Shown one piece after another: positions 53,501-64,000 of a DNA stretch of 64,000 nucleotides (the first letter of the stretch is position 1; every line of letters begins with the position of its first letter). The notes beneath the pieces are model-generated. The model was given only the letters and a program-made list of their open reading frames with translations. It ran no database searches and was not told the origin of the DNA. Made by a program: the position numbers and the translations under genes. Location of the stretch: the NCBI RefSeq assembly GCF_964355755.1, contig NC_092679.1, positions 12,135,432 through 12,199,431 on the forward strand. Reading direction: 5' to 3'. This DNA comes from Antedon mediterranea (taxonomy: Eukaryota > Animalia > Echinodermata).

Positions 53501-56500
53501 ATATATCAGTTTTTTGTCCTCACTACTATTCCCTTTAAAAGTATAAGTAGAAGGTAAAGGTTCCTCAAGCTTCTAGAAACTGAGAAAATTCGGATTAGCA
53601 GATTACCAGATCTGCATACAGGAAGACCACTATTTTTTTCTTTAACATGCATTATATGTACACAGGACCAACAGCTTTATGTCCCATCCGAAGAATGAGG
53701 CAATGAGAGTAAAGCATCTTGCCTAAGGATGCAATCAGTATGGTACAGTTGGGTTCGAACCCATGCCTATTACATGCTAGTCTGATTCCCACCAGTATGT
53801 GCCAGTTTATACAGCATCCACAGTATTTTCAGATGGTCTCTCATCCAAGAACACAACTGGCCCAACCGGTGTTTCAATGCAATAAATGTCCATATATTTG
53901 TTGTCTCTTTACACTACAGAAGCAGAAAATATTGGAACAGGCAATTCCAGTGACAGTGAAAGCAATAGGGTGTGTGTTTAAGCATAGTACAAATGAAGAG
54001 TTTAGACGACGATGTTTGGACAAGTTAAAAGTAAGTTTTATTAAAACTATCTTCTTTTGTTCTCTGTCAACTGTTCAATATTAGTTATTATCAATTTGTT
54101 GTTTGTTTTCTCTTTTTTTAATCTTTTTAATAATTTCTTAATCTGTCAGTTGCCCACCCTCATTACATAACCTCTATTCATTCCTTTTTTCTGCTTTTAA
54201 TATATTTATTATTAATTTTCTTTGTATTCTTTCTCTCCACAGTATTTTTAATTTTATAGTCTCATCTGATTTGTTTATCCTATTCTTTCAAGACAAACTA
54301 TAAGCCCAAATTAACTTTATGTAATACATTTCTTCTGTAATAGGCCTACTTGTAGAATACATATTTTGCATGTACCTTGAAAAAGTTAAAGAAAGGTTTT
54401 TTGTGTTTTCTCTATCTCAAACACTGTTTGAAGTTATAAGAAAAATAAAATGTGAAATCTCACTGTATAAAACTTATTAACATATTACAGGTGTCAAATA
54501 GCAGAGAATTACAAGCAGAGATGACAGCACGTCTGTGGTGTATTGCTAAGAGAAGATTCGGTGTTATGCAACCAAATACTTCAGGATGCAAACGTGCCTC
54601 CTCAACAAAACATTCATCTTCCAACTGCAGCCAAGTTAGTCATGTATCAGATGTAAGTAATTGCGCTACACGTCATTATTTATACACTTATTTAGGTGAC
54701 GGTAAATTTGATTCTAACTAAGTAGTTATATACCACTGCAGCTTTCCATGCTATTGTTGAAAGTGAATTGGATAGCCTGTTTCTGCTAAAAAAAATTGTC
54801 TGCCAAACTGTTTTATAAAAAGATCATATTGCAGCTAAAATGCGGCTTTACGGAAACCATTTTTTAAACCAGTATATGACGATTGAGACTGATATCAATT
54901 GGGGTTTTTAAAACCATATGTAGAACCGATTATCTTTTATGTAGATCCGTTTCTGCTGGCAAGACAGTACCGTTTTTAAATACGTATTTCCCATGCTCAG
55001 CAGAAACAGGCACTTTAACACCATCTACTACGTGTATGGTGGAGCATCACTAAAGTGGGCAACAGAGATCAAATAGCTATGCCCACACAGTAAATCATTA
55101 TCTTGCAGGATGCAACAAGTTTTGATGAATTTGGTGATATTGGATTATTAGTTTGGGATCAAATGACAGAACTGGCAGATGACGTTGTGCACAATTCTGA
55201 ACTTGGTATTCAAGAATCAGAAGATACTGAAAACACTGTATTAAACAATTCATATGCTTTATCATCAATGAAACCAAAATAGGAATGAATTAGTAATTTG
55301 TGGGGTAAATTGGACAAAGTTATGTCTGGACAAGCATTTAAAATACCAACAAACAGGGGGTCTTATTTATTATTATTATCATTATTGTATTGTTGTATGA
55401 AATTACACCAACATTTTGTTATACATATAATATGCAAATTTACAATATGCATAGCGTTGAAAATTAGAGCACCTTTTGTCCATTATTTCTTATTTCTTTA
55501 TTTGGACATTTCGATCCTTAATACATAACTAAGAATATCAAATTAATGTATAAAACTAATTTTGATATATCCATTGAGTTCCATTCATTGTTACCCCCAA
55601 CATTGTCATTTTGTCAGTAATTTGCCTTTGGATGTATTATTGTTGTATATCTATACCGATTAAAAACATAAATTTGGTCGATAATAATTTCATTCTATAT
55701 AATCTTGAATGCTGTCTGTCCTTGAAAGCCCTCTTTATCTAGGCACACTGCTCTTATTTTTTACTACCTTGCGTGCGTGTCACTTATAACATGCTTTAAT
55801 AATTTCATAAATTAATTTCTAACTATAATTGCTATTGCAGGAGTTCTTCAACATGTTTATAACCTTTTTTTTCGTACATCCCAAATAATAGACAGAATTT
55901 GATTAAAATATTCAATAACCATAAGTACCATATCCATGATGTATGCTTATAACTAATAACCTTCTACATGTAAATGTCAATTTGCTTGATACCTATTATA
56001 GAGATAAGTAATTAAACACATGAGTAATGTTCAGAATTGGAAACTGAAACATCAATAACAACATAACAAGACTCATTAATTGTATAACGCTAATAGCTAT
56101 TCCTCGATGTGGACGATCATTGTCTTTGGACTCTTAGATAGTTTATTCATTAATTCATTCTTTATTTCAGATAAATATCCATAGAGAGAACATACTATCA
56201 AAACAAAAATAAGTGTATCAGACCAAGGAGGTTTATACAACCCTGATCACATTACACCATCTACAGTATGCTACAACTTTGACTCTTTAAACATGCCATT
56301 GATTTTTCTAATTAAGACATCGCAGAGCTTCTCTAATATTCATAAAAGGAAAGTATACTACATTTTTAACATACACCACACTCTAAATGAGTTAATTAGT
56401 ATCTCTATGGTTAATGATACAGCCTTCATTGAAGTTACCCCAAAGTGTCATACAATAAAATAACTTTTAACTTCATTGAGCAATGAGCAAATGTTTCTAC

Positions 56501-59500
56501 ATAGTCGCAAGCTTTTTTTTTTATGTCATCACATCAGACATTTTTTCGTGATTAAAAAGTTAAGTAAAATACTCTGTTGAAACAACTACATGCTTCTCTC
56601 CTAAGTGTCATATCATGTGAGTGTGGCCAATTAAAGCACTCTCTTCTCTGTCCACCAACAAAACCATGAAGCTAGTGAACTTAGAATTCTTGCCGATATC
56701 GTCAACTTAGCTTAACAACTCATTCTATGAGTCTGATTCTGGCCTAACACTTTTGTTACTTCGGAATAGGTTGCTTTTTGCTTCATTTCAAAGGTTAACT
56801 ACAGTATGCCTTCACAAATTGTGACTTGCCAAAATCACCTGTGTCTTCTATAGTTCATGTCTGAACTTTTTTTCTCTATCCGCTTTCCTTCACTTGTCTC
56901 TTAGCTGTGAGAAGAAATTTGCATTGGTAAGTGCTTGACCAATGAAGTGCTTGAATGCATGTTGCCTGTCTGATACAAATGCAACGAAAAAATGATGATG
57001 TGGCGTCGACTTTCATTTTGAAGGTAGAATTCCCATTGTCCTAATAATGCCCTCAAACTTGTTACCTATGGTGCTGTACTGGCTCAACTGAATTTCAAAT
57101 GGAGTGAAATTACTCACACTATACTCCAGGCCATTACTAATTTGCCAGTTGCAAACAACAATTGTGTCATCACATTGAAAACAAGCCCAGTACAGCCTAA
57201 AAGTTTGCTTGTACTTATGTGTCTTTAAAATAGTGAAACTGCAAGTTTATGATTTGATTTTAATTTATTTGGAAATTCATAAAAATTACATAACACTAGT
57301 TCTGACATTACAACTTCTATAAAAGATTTTCGAGGATATCCCAAAAGGCTTATTAGGTTATTTCTGTTGGGATTCTTCTATAATCTAAAAATTATAAATT
57401 ATTGCGTTAACACAAAAATATAACAAAAATAAATATGTAATTGTAGTTTTGCGTGTCAGGGAGTTGAGTAATTAGATGTTTTGCCCTACTCTGACGTAAT
57501 TTGTACTTTATACTAAGTTCTCAAATGTACTTAGTATAAAGTACAAAATACGTCAGAGTAGGGCAAACATCTAATTAAAAATAAATATTTTAATTAAAAA
57601 TGACTAGTTATTTGATATTTGGTTTGGAAGTACTGAAAATTATACTTATGCTTTCAATTGCTAGATTAAGTCACATCTATCTATCTATCTAGGCATAGTT
57701 CATCCATATGTTGAAATACATAACATTTCCATTTCTGTCTAATTCTTGCTGTCCTAGTCCATGCAGCCATTCCAATGTATGCTGTTGGATCATCTCTCCA
57801 CCTTCTTTTCTGTCTTCCTCTTTTCCTCTTTCCTACCCTTGGTTGCCATTCTGTTAATCTGTATGTCCATCTATTATCTTGAAATCTTGCCACATGCCCA
57901 GCCCATCTCCATTTTGACTGTCTTACTTTCTCCATTATATCTGTAACACAAAATTCATCCATCCTGCTTTTATTCTAAACAGAACTTCCTCCTTCGTGGT
58001 GTATTCCATTTTCAGTGTTTGTCCTAGATATTTATCTTTCACTTTTTCTAGTTTCCGGCCCTCTATTTCAATGTCTTCCTGTGTGTCAAGTTAGTCATGT
58101 ATTTTGTTTTGTCTTTGTGGATAGTTAGTCCGATTGAATTAATCTATCTATACAGACTTGAGAGCTGGTTTTTCATATCTGCAACTGATGTTGAAATCAA
58201 GGCCACGTCATCAGCAAAACGGAGGTCTGTAAGCATTTCTCCATCAATAGTTTTTCCTCCCTTAAGCTCAGCCTTTTTGAATACTTCTTCGGTGGTTGCT
58301 GTGAATATCTTTGGGGACAGAGTATCACTTAGTCGTACCCCCTCTGTATATGAACCTTTCTTGATATATTATTATCAATATGGATTCTGGCTATTGCATC
58401 AGTGTAGATATCTTCTATGATTCTGACATAACCTTCGTCATAATTTATTTTTCGGAGCGCCTCAAACATATCCAAATATTCAATAGAATCAAATTCCTTT
58501 TGGTAGTCCACAAGACAGAGTTTGACTTGGTATTCACTTGCCTTTTCAATTAGCTAGTTTATTGCTTGTAGATGATCTATTGTCGAGAACCCTGCTCTGA
58601 AACCTGCTTGAGTCACACATAATGTAATTTTAAAAAAACAGATGAAAACATTTTTCAATGAAAAATAAAAACATAATTATTTAAAACCAAATAGCACATC
58701 ATTCATATCTTCTTTTTTTTAAATTGAAAAACATTAAGTAGTAAAGAGTATTATGATTATTTTGTGATTGCAGAAATCCTCTGTCTCGCTCTCATAATCT
58801 TCTAAAGTGCCTCTTCTAATCATATTGTCTCTTTAAAGATTATACATGAGTGCTTTAATAATAATGACAGCCTCTCACATATTACTTAGGCCTACCAGTA
58901 ATAAAATATCAATTTAATGTAGAAGAAATGTCATATTTGTGTGTGGTTACCAACCTTGACTTAATTACGTTGGAATTTCAATTGACCATACTGTAATAAA
59001 TAACTTTCAATTAAACAAAGAAATTATAATACATAAGTTATTAACTTTCAATATAAACAGTTAATTAGCCATCAAGTGTACTGTATGCTTATATTTCTCT
59101 CAAAAATTTCTTGACGCAGATTGGAAATTTTGATTTTAAAAGGTTTTATATCACTGAACACCTGAGTGTATTGTTGCCATATGATTTGGTGATTCTTTAA
59201 CTCCACAGTAATCTGGTTGCTGCCTTGTTTTTAATCTACAGTATCTCTTTATGAACCAGGACAGCAATTCACAGTAAGCCCTGCCTACTGCACATGTCCA
59301 ATCTGCCATCCACAATTCACAGTAAGCCCTGCCTACTGCACATGCCCCAATCTCCAATCCATAATTTTCTAGGAAGGATAAACATCCTATTGATCCATCA
59401 AAATAAATGGTTCCTGTCATATAAGTAACCATCATTACAATATTCCTACCTATGATGCAGCTCGATTATATTACTAGAAAAGTAATTAAAAGTATTTGTA

Positions 59501-60851
59501 TGTGCCAAAAGTAAAAACAAATTTGTTGAAACGTTTGTTCTGTTAAATTAGTGTTCCATTTTTCATTTAAATGAATCACTGTAACACTTAGGCCTGTTTG
59601 TCAGAGTTTTTCTTGGCTAGATTCGAATTGTACCTCAAGTTGACATTGCCTTAATAGTCACAGTTACTTATTAAGTGTTATGTAAGAAAAGAAGACATTT
59701 ATATCCCTTAATTTGTGATAAAATAGTAAAAACTTAAAAATACATTTCACAACAAGGTGGATCCAGGATTTTTAAAGATGGTAGCGCTGACATACACTAT
59801 GGTCTGTCACAAATAGATATCATAAGTTTAGCTGTCAAATAGTGCATGCCCCAAGCATAACCCTATATCTGCCATTAACACAATTTTGTCAATAGGTCAT
59901 AATAAGAAATACGACCATATCAAGTGTCGAAATAGAAAAAATATGCATAATGATCTCTTACGCATTGTCAAATTATTGAATATAGTGTTATCGCATGTAA
60001 TTCATTTCCTTGTGCATGCAATTAAAGTAGCAGACCCTTCAGTGTTAACAATTACTGTGTTTAATTACCAAATTAATATTCATGACACTGTAAGCAGCAG
60101 ATTAACTCAGTATCTTAATGATAATATTATTTATTTATTATATTGTTGGTTATTACCGTAATGAGAAATTATTTCCCCCATGATTTACACAATAACAGTA
60201 ATATATTCAGTTTTGTAACTATATAGAGCAGTTGCGCATAATAGAGTGTTTTGAGAGCTGATTGCATAGACATTATTATTATTATTATTATTATTATATT
60301 TTTACTTGACAAAAAGGTTGCTGCAGAAAATTCTTATTATGCTTATATAATATAATTTTATAGGCAAAATAATGCTATAGTTTAATATTACCTGGTAAAT
60401 TTGAACTTAATTTATTATTATTTATTATTATTATTCGTAATTATGATTTTGTTAAATATGCCATTTTGATGTTCCATAATAGTTATTTAATTTGACCAAA
60501 AATTGGATCCAAAAGAAAAATTTTTACCTAAAAAACTGTAATTTAAAGCAAAAAATAGTAAAATTGGCTTCCAAAGCCTATCGGTGGTGGAATTTAACCA
60601 TTTTGTTTTGTCTTTTTATAAGTGAAAACATTTTTTTTCTGCTGGATTTATTAACTTTATTAAAAATATGAAATGGCCTATTTAAAATCTGATTTTATTC
60701 ATCTTCATTGTTCATGTTTTTGGAGGACAATTCATCTTTAAATGTATGTTTTTGTTAGTTTCAGGCATCAGAGACATTAACAAATGATGATTGGTTCAGT
60801 CAAGCTTTAACAGAATGTGATTGGTTGAATGTTCCAGAACCTGAGGAATAA
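32537..60851 (+). CDS. TOP6BL: TOPOVIBL / type 2 DNA topoisomerase 6 subunit B-like (meiotic SPO11 partner), ~15 exons
   Basis: Exons 32537-32567 (tentative start), 33854-33927, 34034-34211, 35766-35953, 36895-36978, 37135-37190, 39259-39327, 39442-39610, 40471-40612, 42927-43058, 53275-53396, 53920-54030, 54491-54652, 55109-55292 (frame problem), 60765-60851. Motifs are colinear with mouse TOPOVIBL as I recall it: IYFFGPGGLP (IFLYGPLGLP), LVLPDQSY (VLPDVNY), QTLQVLVLIDY (LLLFLFVDF), transducer AIPVTVKAIGCVFKHSTNEEFRRRCLDKL ([29 protein letters not shown]), C-terminal DDWFSQALTECDWLN (DLWLQEVSNLSEWLN). Confidence 0.85.
33854..33927 (+). CDS. TOP6BL: TOP6BL exon
   Basis: caacAG, TRSPLSEKNGNVNWTIKKTNEISK, GTATGC, phase 1 to 0. 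Confidence 0.65.
34034..34211 (+). CDS. TOP6BL: TOP6BL exon (GHKL-like N-terminus)
   Basis: ttacAG, VLEFIFLLQ..GSVLSINMIE..MCCIVEIKGDG..LFT, GTATCA, phase 0 to 1. Confidence 0.85.
35330..35620 (+). mobile_element. LINE 3' fragment (Rex/L2-like)
   Basis: HPLHHY..SGR..TNRMRNSFLPTAMRQL, a typical ORF2 C-terminus. Confidence 0.6.
35766..35953 (+). CDS. TOP6BL: TOP6BL exon
   Basis: aacAG, EIEPLLSVILATVGTFEIDV..DFYCKYL, GTATGT, phase 1 to 0. Confidence 0.85.
36378..36701 (+). mobile_element. tRNA-derived SINE
   Basis: A box TGGCCGAGCGG, B box GGTTCGAGGC, (TTCAA)n tail. Confidence 0.85.
36895..36978 (+). CDS. TOP6BL: TOP6BL exon
   Basis: tttAG, IVITRKNLLQLLVELKSYIHSVFVLNNL, GTATGT, phase 0 to 0. 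Confidence 0.8.
37135..37190 (+). CDS. TOP6BL: TOP6BL exon
   Basis: atAG, PLVGLNIETSQHSEKTMF(G), GTAAGA, phase 0 to 2. Confidence 0.8.
37280..37440 (-). mobile_element. Degenerate antisense copy of the same SINE
   Basis: AAGACTCGTTCTACCACCAG..TATGGCTACG..GTTCCACTGT is the reverse complement of 36405-36500. Confidence 0.75.
38105..38182 (-). mobile_element. tRNA-like segment (repeat-derived or pseudo-tRNA)
   Basis: GCCCCAGTGTCTAATGGTTAGGAC..GGTTTGAATCTCGGTTGGGGC; degenerate T-loop. Confidence 0.5.
39259..39327 (+). CDS. TOP6BL: TOP6BL exon
   Basis: cacAG, REAKNCINCCGRRIVTDAFYFR, GTAAAC, phase 2 to 2. Confidence 0.75.
39442..39610 (+). CDS. TOP6BL: TOP6BL exon ending at a U12 donor
   Basis: tacAG, VTSSEISEHTRVCH..LKLFVSAITLPSAENQTSKTLN, then ATATCCTTT; phase 2 to 0. 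Confidence 0.8.
39611..40470 (+). other. U12-type (minor spliceosome) AT-AC intron
   Basis: 5' site ATATCCTTT, branch TTTTCTTAAC at 40452-40461, terminal AC at 40469-40470; joins KTLN|IYFFGPGGLP in frame. Confidence 0.85.
40471..40612 (+). CDS. TOP6BL: TOP6BL exon
   Basis: IYFFGPGGLPFGFQSVSQCNVLPFQLAKWEEFGLQVGQQVQRHNSNH, GTAGGC, phase 0 to 1. Confidence 0.85.
40774..42637 (+). mobile_element. Large HINE-like element with internal tandem repeats
   Basis: 5' palindrome AACTCGTCACTTTGACGAGTT plus subTIR GTTATCCGC; ~290-bp tandem units at ~41910-42500; two 3' GTTATCCGC..GCGGATAAC hairpins. Confidence 0.7.
42927..43058 (+). CDS. TOP6BL: TOP6BL exon with a GC donor
   Basis: tttcAG, LVLPDQSYHIIRTSDSLCSNEWQTLQVLVLIDYNTHHSIVEKK, AAG|GCAAGT, phase 1 to 1. 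Confidence 0.8.
43376..44256. mobile_element. Unclassified interspersed repeat
   Basis: Left end is the reverse complement of 17895-17980; TATTA..TAATA ends; internal tRNA-like segment at ~43950-44020. Confidence 0.45.
44690..45306. mobile_element. Kolobok-like TTAA MITE
   Basis: TTAA|AGACCCCTTCCCT..AGGGAAGGGGGCT|TTAA. Confidence 0.75.
45357..47953. mobile_element. Kolobok-like internally deleted element
   Basis: TTAA|AGATGTATTGTCCCC..GGGGACAATACAACT|TTAA, 2.6 kb, splice-site-bearing remnants facing inward. Confidence 0.7.
47965..53179 (+). mobile_element. Sola3-like DNA transposon, internally deleted
   Basis: TTAA TSD, GAG..CTC termini, ~600-bp near-perfect TIRs (47965-48550 and 52585-53179); frameshifted transposase remnants at 49023-50140 (CSFKSVVGGACGFD; C..CIRSYQRYSFLEKHLD..H; MGWALK; GEQTGQKADP; FLTAQQV) and 51354-51608. 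Confidence 0.8.
53275..53396 (+). CDS. TOP6BL: TOP6BL exon (transducer)
   Basis: poly-T acAG, ILDAIRSNLSTLVTNQADKFKRATHRALNKLWMNKSKSRD, GTATGT, phase 1 to 0. Confidence 0.85.
53640..53790 (-). mobile_element. tRNA-SINE fragment
   Basis: GGGTTCGAACCC B box and SINE-core-like GTAAAGCATCTTGCCTAAGG. Confidence 0.5.
53920..54030 (+). CDS. TOP6BL: TOP6BL exon (transducer helix)
   Basis: tacAG, KQKILEQAIPVTVKAIGCVFKHSTNEEFRRRCLDKLK, GTAAGT. Confidence 0.9.
54491..54652 (+). CDS. TOP6BL: TOP6BL exon
   Basis: ttacAG, VSNSRELQAEMTARLWCIAKRRF..VSD, GTAAGT. Confidence 0.85.
55109..55292 (+). CDS. TOP6BL: TOP6BL penultimate acidic exon (in-frame TAG at 55280-55282 as assembled)
   Basis: tgcAG, DATSFDEFGDIGLLVWDQMTELADDVVHNSELG..; candidate donor GTAATT at 55293; 184 nt, one base too long for phase 0 to 0. 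Confidence 0.55.
57437..57576. mobile_element. Short fold-back derivative of the 5154-5423 element
   Basis: Same 5' end GTAATTGTAG..TCAGGGAG; long hairpin; 12-bp TSD AAAAATAAATAT. Confidence 0.75.
57676..58610 (-). mobile_element. 5'-truncated RTE-clade LINE
   Basis: DYQKEFDSIE, LRFADDVAL, KWRWAGHVAR..RKRGRQKRRWRDD; (GATA)n tail; TSD AGTCACA at 57669-57675 and 58611-58617. Confidence 0.9.
60765..60851 (+). CDS. TOP6BL: TOP6BL last exon with REC114-binding-like motif
   Basis: tttcAG, ASETLTNDDWFSQALTECDWLNVPEPEE*. Confidence 0.8.
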   Translation, partial: ASETLTNDDWFSQALTECDWLNVPEPEE

Positions 60852-60894
60852 CTTTATGCTATTAAATGACAGATTGTTGGAAAGTCATCATTTT

Positions 60895-61700
60895 TTTAAT
60901 TTTAAAGTTGATACCTTGATAAATGATTTTGTTAACCAAATAAAAGTTTATATTATTTAAATCTTTAAAATAAGTCAAATTATATGCAATCATAATATGT
61001 GCTAAATTCAGTGAATATAAATTGTTTAAATTGAATATCGAAATTGAATAAATCAACCAAATAAAAGTTTATATTACTAATCTTTAAAAGTCAAATTTTA
61101 TGCAATCATATGTGCCAAATGCAGTAAATGTAATTTATAGAAATTGAATAAATTGATAAATATGTTAAATATCAATGATACTGTTATACAAATGTTTACT
61201 TTTTATTTATAGTTGCTCCAAGTTGATAAATGACGTTGTTAAATCAAATAAAACTATATTTTGCTTTGTTCAGTTTTTGTATTAGTTAATTAGTTAAATT
61301 ATGAAATCATATATTTATGAATGTAAGTTTATTTATAAGTTCAAGTTGATAAATGACCCAGTTATACCAAATAAAGTTTACTGTATTGTGTTATTTATTT
61401 TTCTTTATAAAAGAAATATATTGCTTTGTTAAGTTTTCAGTTTTGTATTAGTTAATTTATTAAATCATATATTTTTATGAATGTAAGTTTATTTATAAGT
61501 TCAGGTTGATAAATGACCCTGTTAAACCCAATAAAAGTATACTGTGTTATTTATTTTTCTTTTTAAAAGTATTTTAAATTGTATGTAATCATATATACTA
61601 TGTGCCAAATTGTTTACGTTTTCATTTATAAATTAATAAATGACCTTGTTAAACCAAATAAAGATATAATTGTGTTATTTATTTTTCTTTATACAATTAT
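60895..61700. repeat. Diverged AT-rich tandem repeat downstream of the TOP6BL stop
   Basis: Recurrent GTTGATAAATGAC..GTTAAACCAAATAAA units at roughly 130-170 bp spacing. Confidence 0.6.
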
Positions 61701-64000
61701 TACTATTAGTCACTCTTTAATTTAGTCAAATAATATGAAATCATATATGTGTGGCAAATAATAATAATAATGAATGTAAACAGTTTTACATATTTTATTT
61801 AAAAGTTGGTATGTGTTATATATATTATGAATATAAATTATGCAAATTGTATAAATAAATTATGTTATATATCAATGACAGTCACAGTCTCAAATGCTCA
61901 ATTATAACAATCCCATCTAACAATTTGTGATATAATATTGTAAGATTTTTTTGTTTATGATAAGGTTTTGTTGCAGGAATGAAAATGTTTACTTTTTTGT
62001 CAAAATAACATATTTTCAATGCCCAAAATAACATTTTATATAACATGTGCACAACATGTCATATTATATAAAATTTGATCATTCCACAAATGCAAAAATA
62101 TTTTTTGTTTTGTTTTTGCGATGTAGACAGGCTACTGATACCCACAATGACGTTTGTAAGTAATGTGTTTGTGTGTTGTCGTCAATAACCATCATGAATG
62201 AGTTGTGCCCTGAGAAGTGTATGCAACGTTCTATGGACAACAGCCAAAGAGTATAACAGCAATTGTGACAGATTCACAATTCAGATATAGTTTATTATTC
62301 TAATTTTCTAACTTTAAAGAAATGTGATGTGCCCATATATGGACATGATAATGTCAATACCATATTTAAGCATATCACTATATTTGGGTATATTTTTGTA
62401 AAACTAGTTTGAAAGTGTAGACAAGTTATTTTAAAATTAGATGCAATTATCTTGAATGTTCAAACCTTAAAAATGTAAGAGATACACATTTTAACTTACT
62501 AAAAATTGATTTATTGTATTGTGGTTGTGATACATTTTGGGAAAATTTTAGAAGTGGTACAATCGAATATCAACATCATATTTTACTTGATGACCTTTAT
62601 TTAGAATTTCCATTTGAGAGAATAGGTGAAATTGTAGATTATCACTATACTAATTACTAACAATACTTAACTGCTGCATAGAAAGACTATACACTTAATA
62701 TATAATATATAAATATTTACCGCACACCATATTATCTACTAACTTATATTTTACCATTTATCAAATTCAATAATATATATATTATTATTTTTTAATTTTG
62801 TCTTTCTCCAAAATTATATAATCTAACCTAAATCTAAATAAAATAATACAGTACTCACTAAATAGTATAATAAAAATAGTATCACGTTTAATTAAATTAC
62901 AATAACTATTAAAATTAAATATAATAAGAACAAATAATCATATAATAGTTGCATTTATTTTATTAAGAACAGTATAATAAAATTGATTATAAATTATATA
63001 TTTTTTTAATAATAATAATGATAATATTCGCTTTAAACTTAAAAATTGTAATAATACTGACTACAAAAATAATGATAATAATAAATAGATGATAACATTA
63101 ACTCCATCATCTAGGTTAAGTATTGTTCAATCTGTAAGATTACCTTGTTTTTACTATTTCATTTTACTTGTATAATTCGCTTCTTATTTAAGACTTAAAT
63201 GAATATTTTTGATACTTTTCTTTTTGTTTTTACATTGCCTTATAAACGCGTGCCGCTGATACAGAAGCGTGTGTTCAATAAATTTATATTTATCTCTTAT
63301 CTTATCTTTGAAAATCCTGAATAGGCCTACTGTTTGATTAGTCCTCATTTTATGCAGACATCCTACCCCTTCTTATCGTGAAGTGTTTTTAAGAAACCCT
63401 CTTCATGCTTATTTTAAATATCTTTAAAAAAATGTATGTTCAATAATGTTTAAAAAGCCTGAATCACTTGTCTTAAATGATCAGACTCTTCCATTTTACT
63501 TTAAGGGTGTACAATAATCGTTAATAATAATTTTGTTATAACTATTATGATAGATTTATTGATTGTATATCGTATTTATCATTTCCAAATACATGGATAA
63601 TTTCTTAATTTGTTCTTGAAGATCAATTTGCTGTAAATTAGAATTCGCGTTGAGTTACCAGTTTGAATAAACTCACTGTAGCGTATCATGAAACAACCCA
63701 ACAATTCGTGCGTATCAATTCAACAGTTGTAGTTTGGCAGATCAGACGATTGCACACAGGAGGTGAGTTAGTTGTGATCATACAGTTAGACAATTACTTA
63801 CGAAAATACACTACACCAGGCATGACAGTTTTACTATGGTAAGTTCAAATAAAGCAAGTTACTGATAACGGAATTTAATCATAGAAATGGTCAAGAAATA
63901 GCTTAATTATGTCATTGGAAAGAGGTTTAAGCTAGCCTATCTAAAGGAAAGCATTCCCTAACTAAAGTCGTAAGTAGGGCCTATAAGTGTCGTGTCTGGT

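Noticed and set aside
56250-59435. Possible very decayed minus-strand transposase (e.g. FDGSIGCLSFLENYGLEIG)
   Set aside because: Too degenerate to support or delimit without a search.

Overview
AT-rich, repeat-dense eukaryotic (metazoan invertebrate, plausibly echinoderm) genomic DNA; almost none of the supplied ORFs are real genes. Splicing the sequence by hand gives two divergently transcribed multi-exon genes. (1) Minus strand, 19284 to <158: an intact gene with at least 11 exons encoding a signal peptide, an IL-17-receptor-type two-FnIII ectodomain and then an EGF module; it runs off the left edge and has a perfect NF-kB site about 135 bp upstream of the ATG. (2) Plus strand, ~32.5-60.85 kb: a TOP6BL/TOPOVIBL homologue (meiotic SPO11 partner) of ~15 exons and ~595 aa. 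It contains a U12-type AT-AC intron, a GC-AG intron, a frame-broken penultimate exon, and a last exon with the W-x9-W REC114-binding-like motif. Between the two genes is an intronless, frameshifted cyclin-like ORF whose N-terminus carries a D-box and a tandem array of PML-like SUMO-interacting motifs. The remainder is nested transposons (Sola3-like, Academ-like, Kolobok-like TTAA elements, Helentron/HINE-like elements, Tc1/pogo MITEs, LINE fragments, tRNA-derived SINEs) and minisatellites. All family assignments come from motif recognition and recalled sequences, not from database searches.
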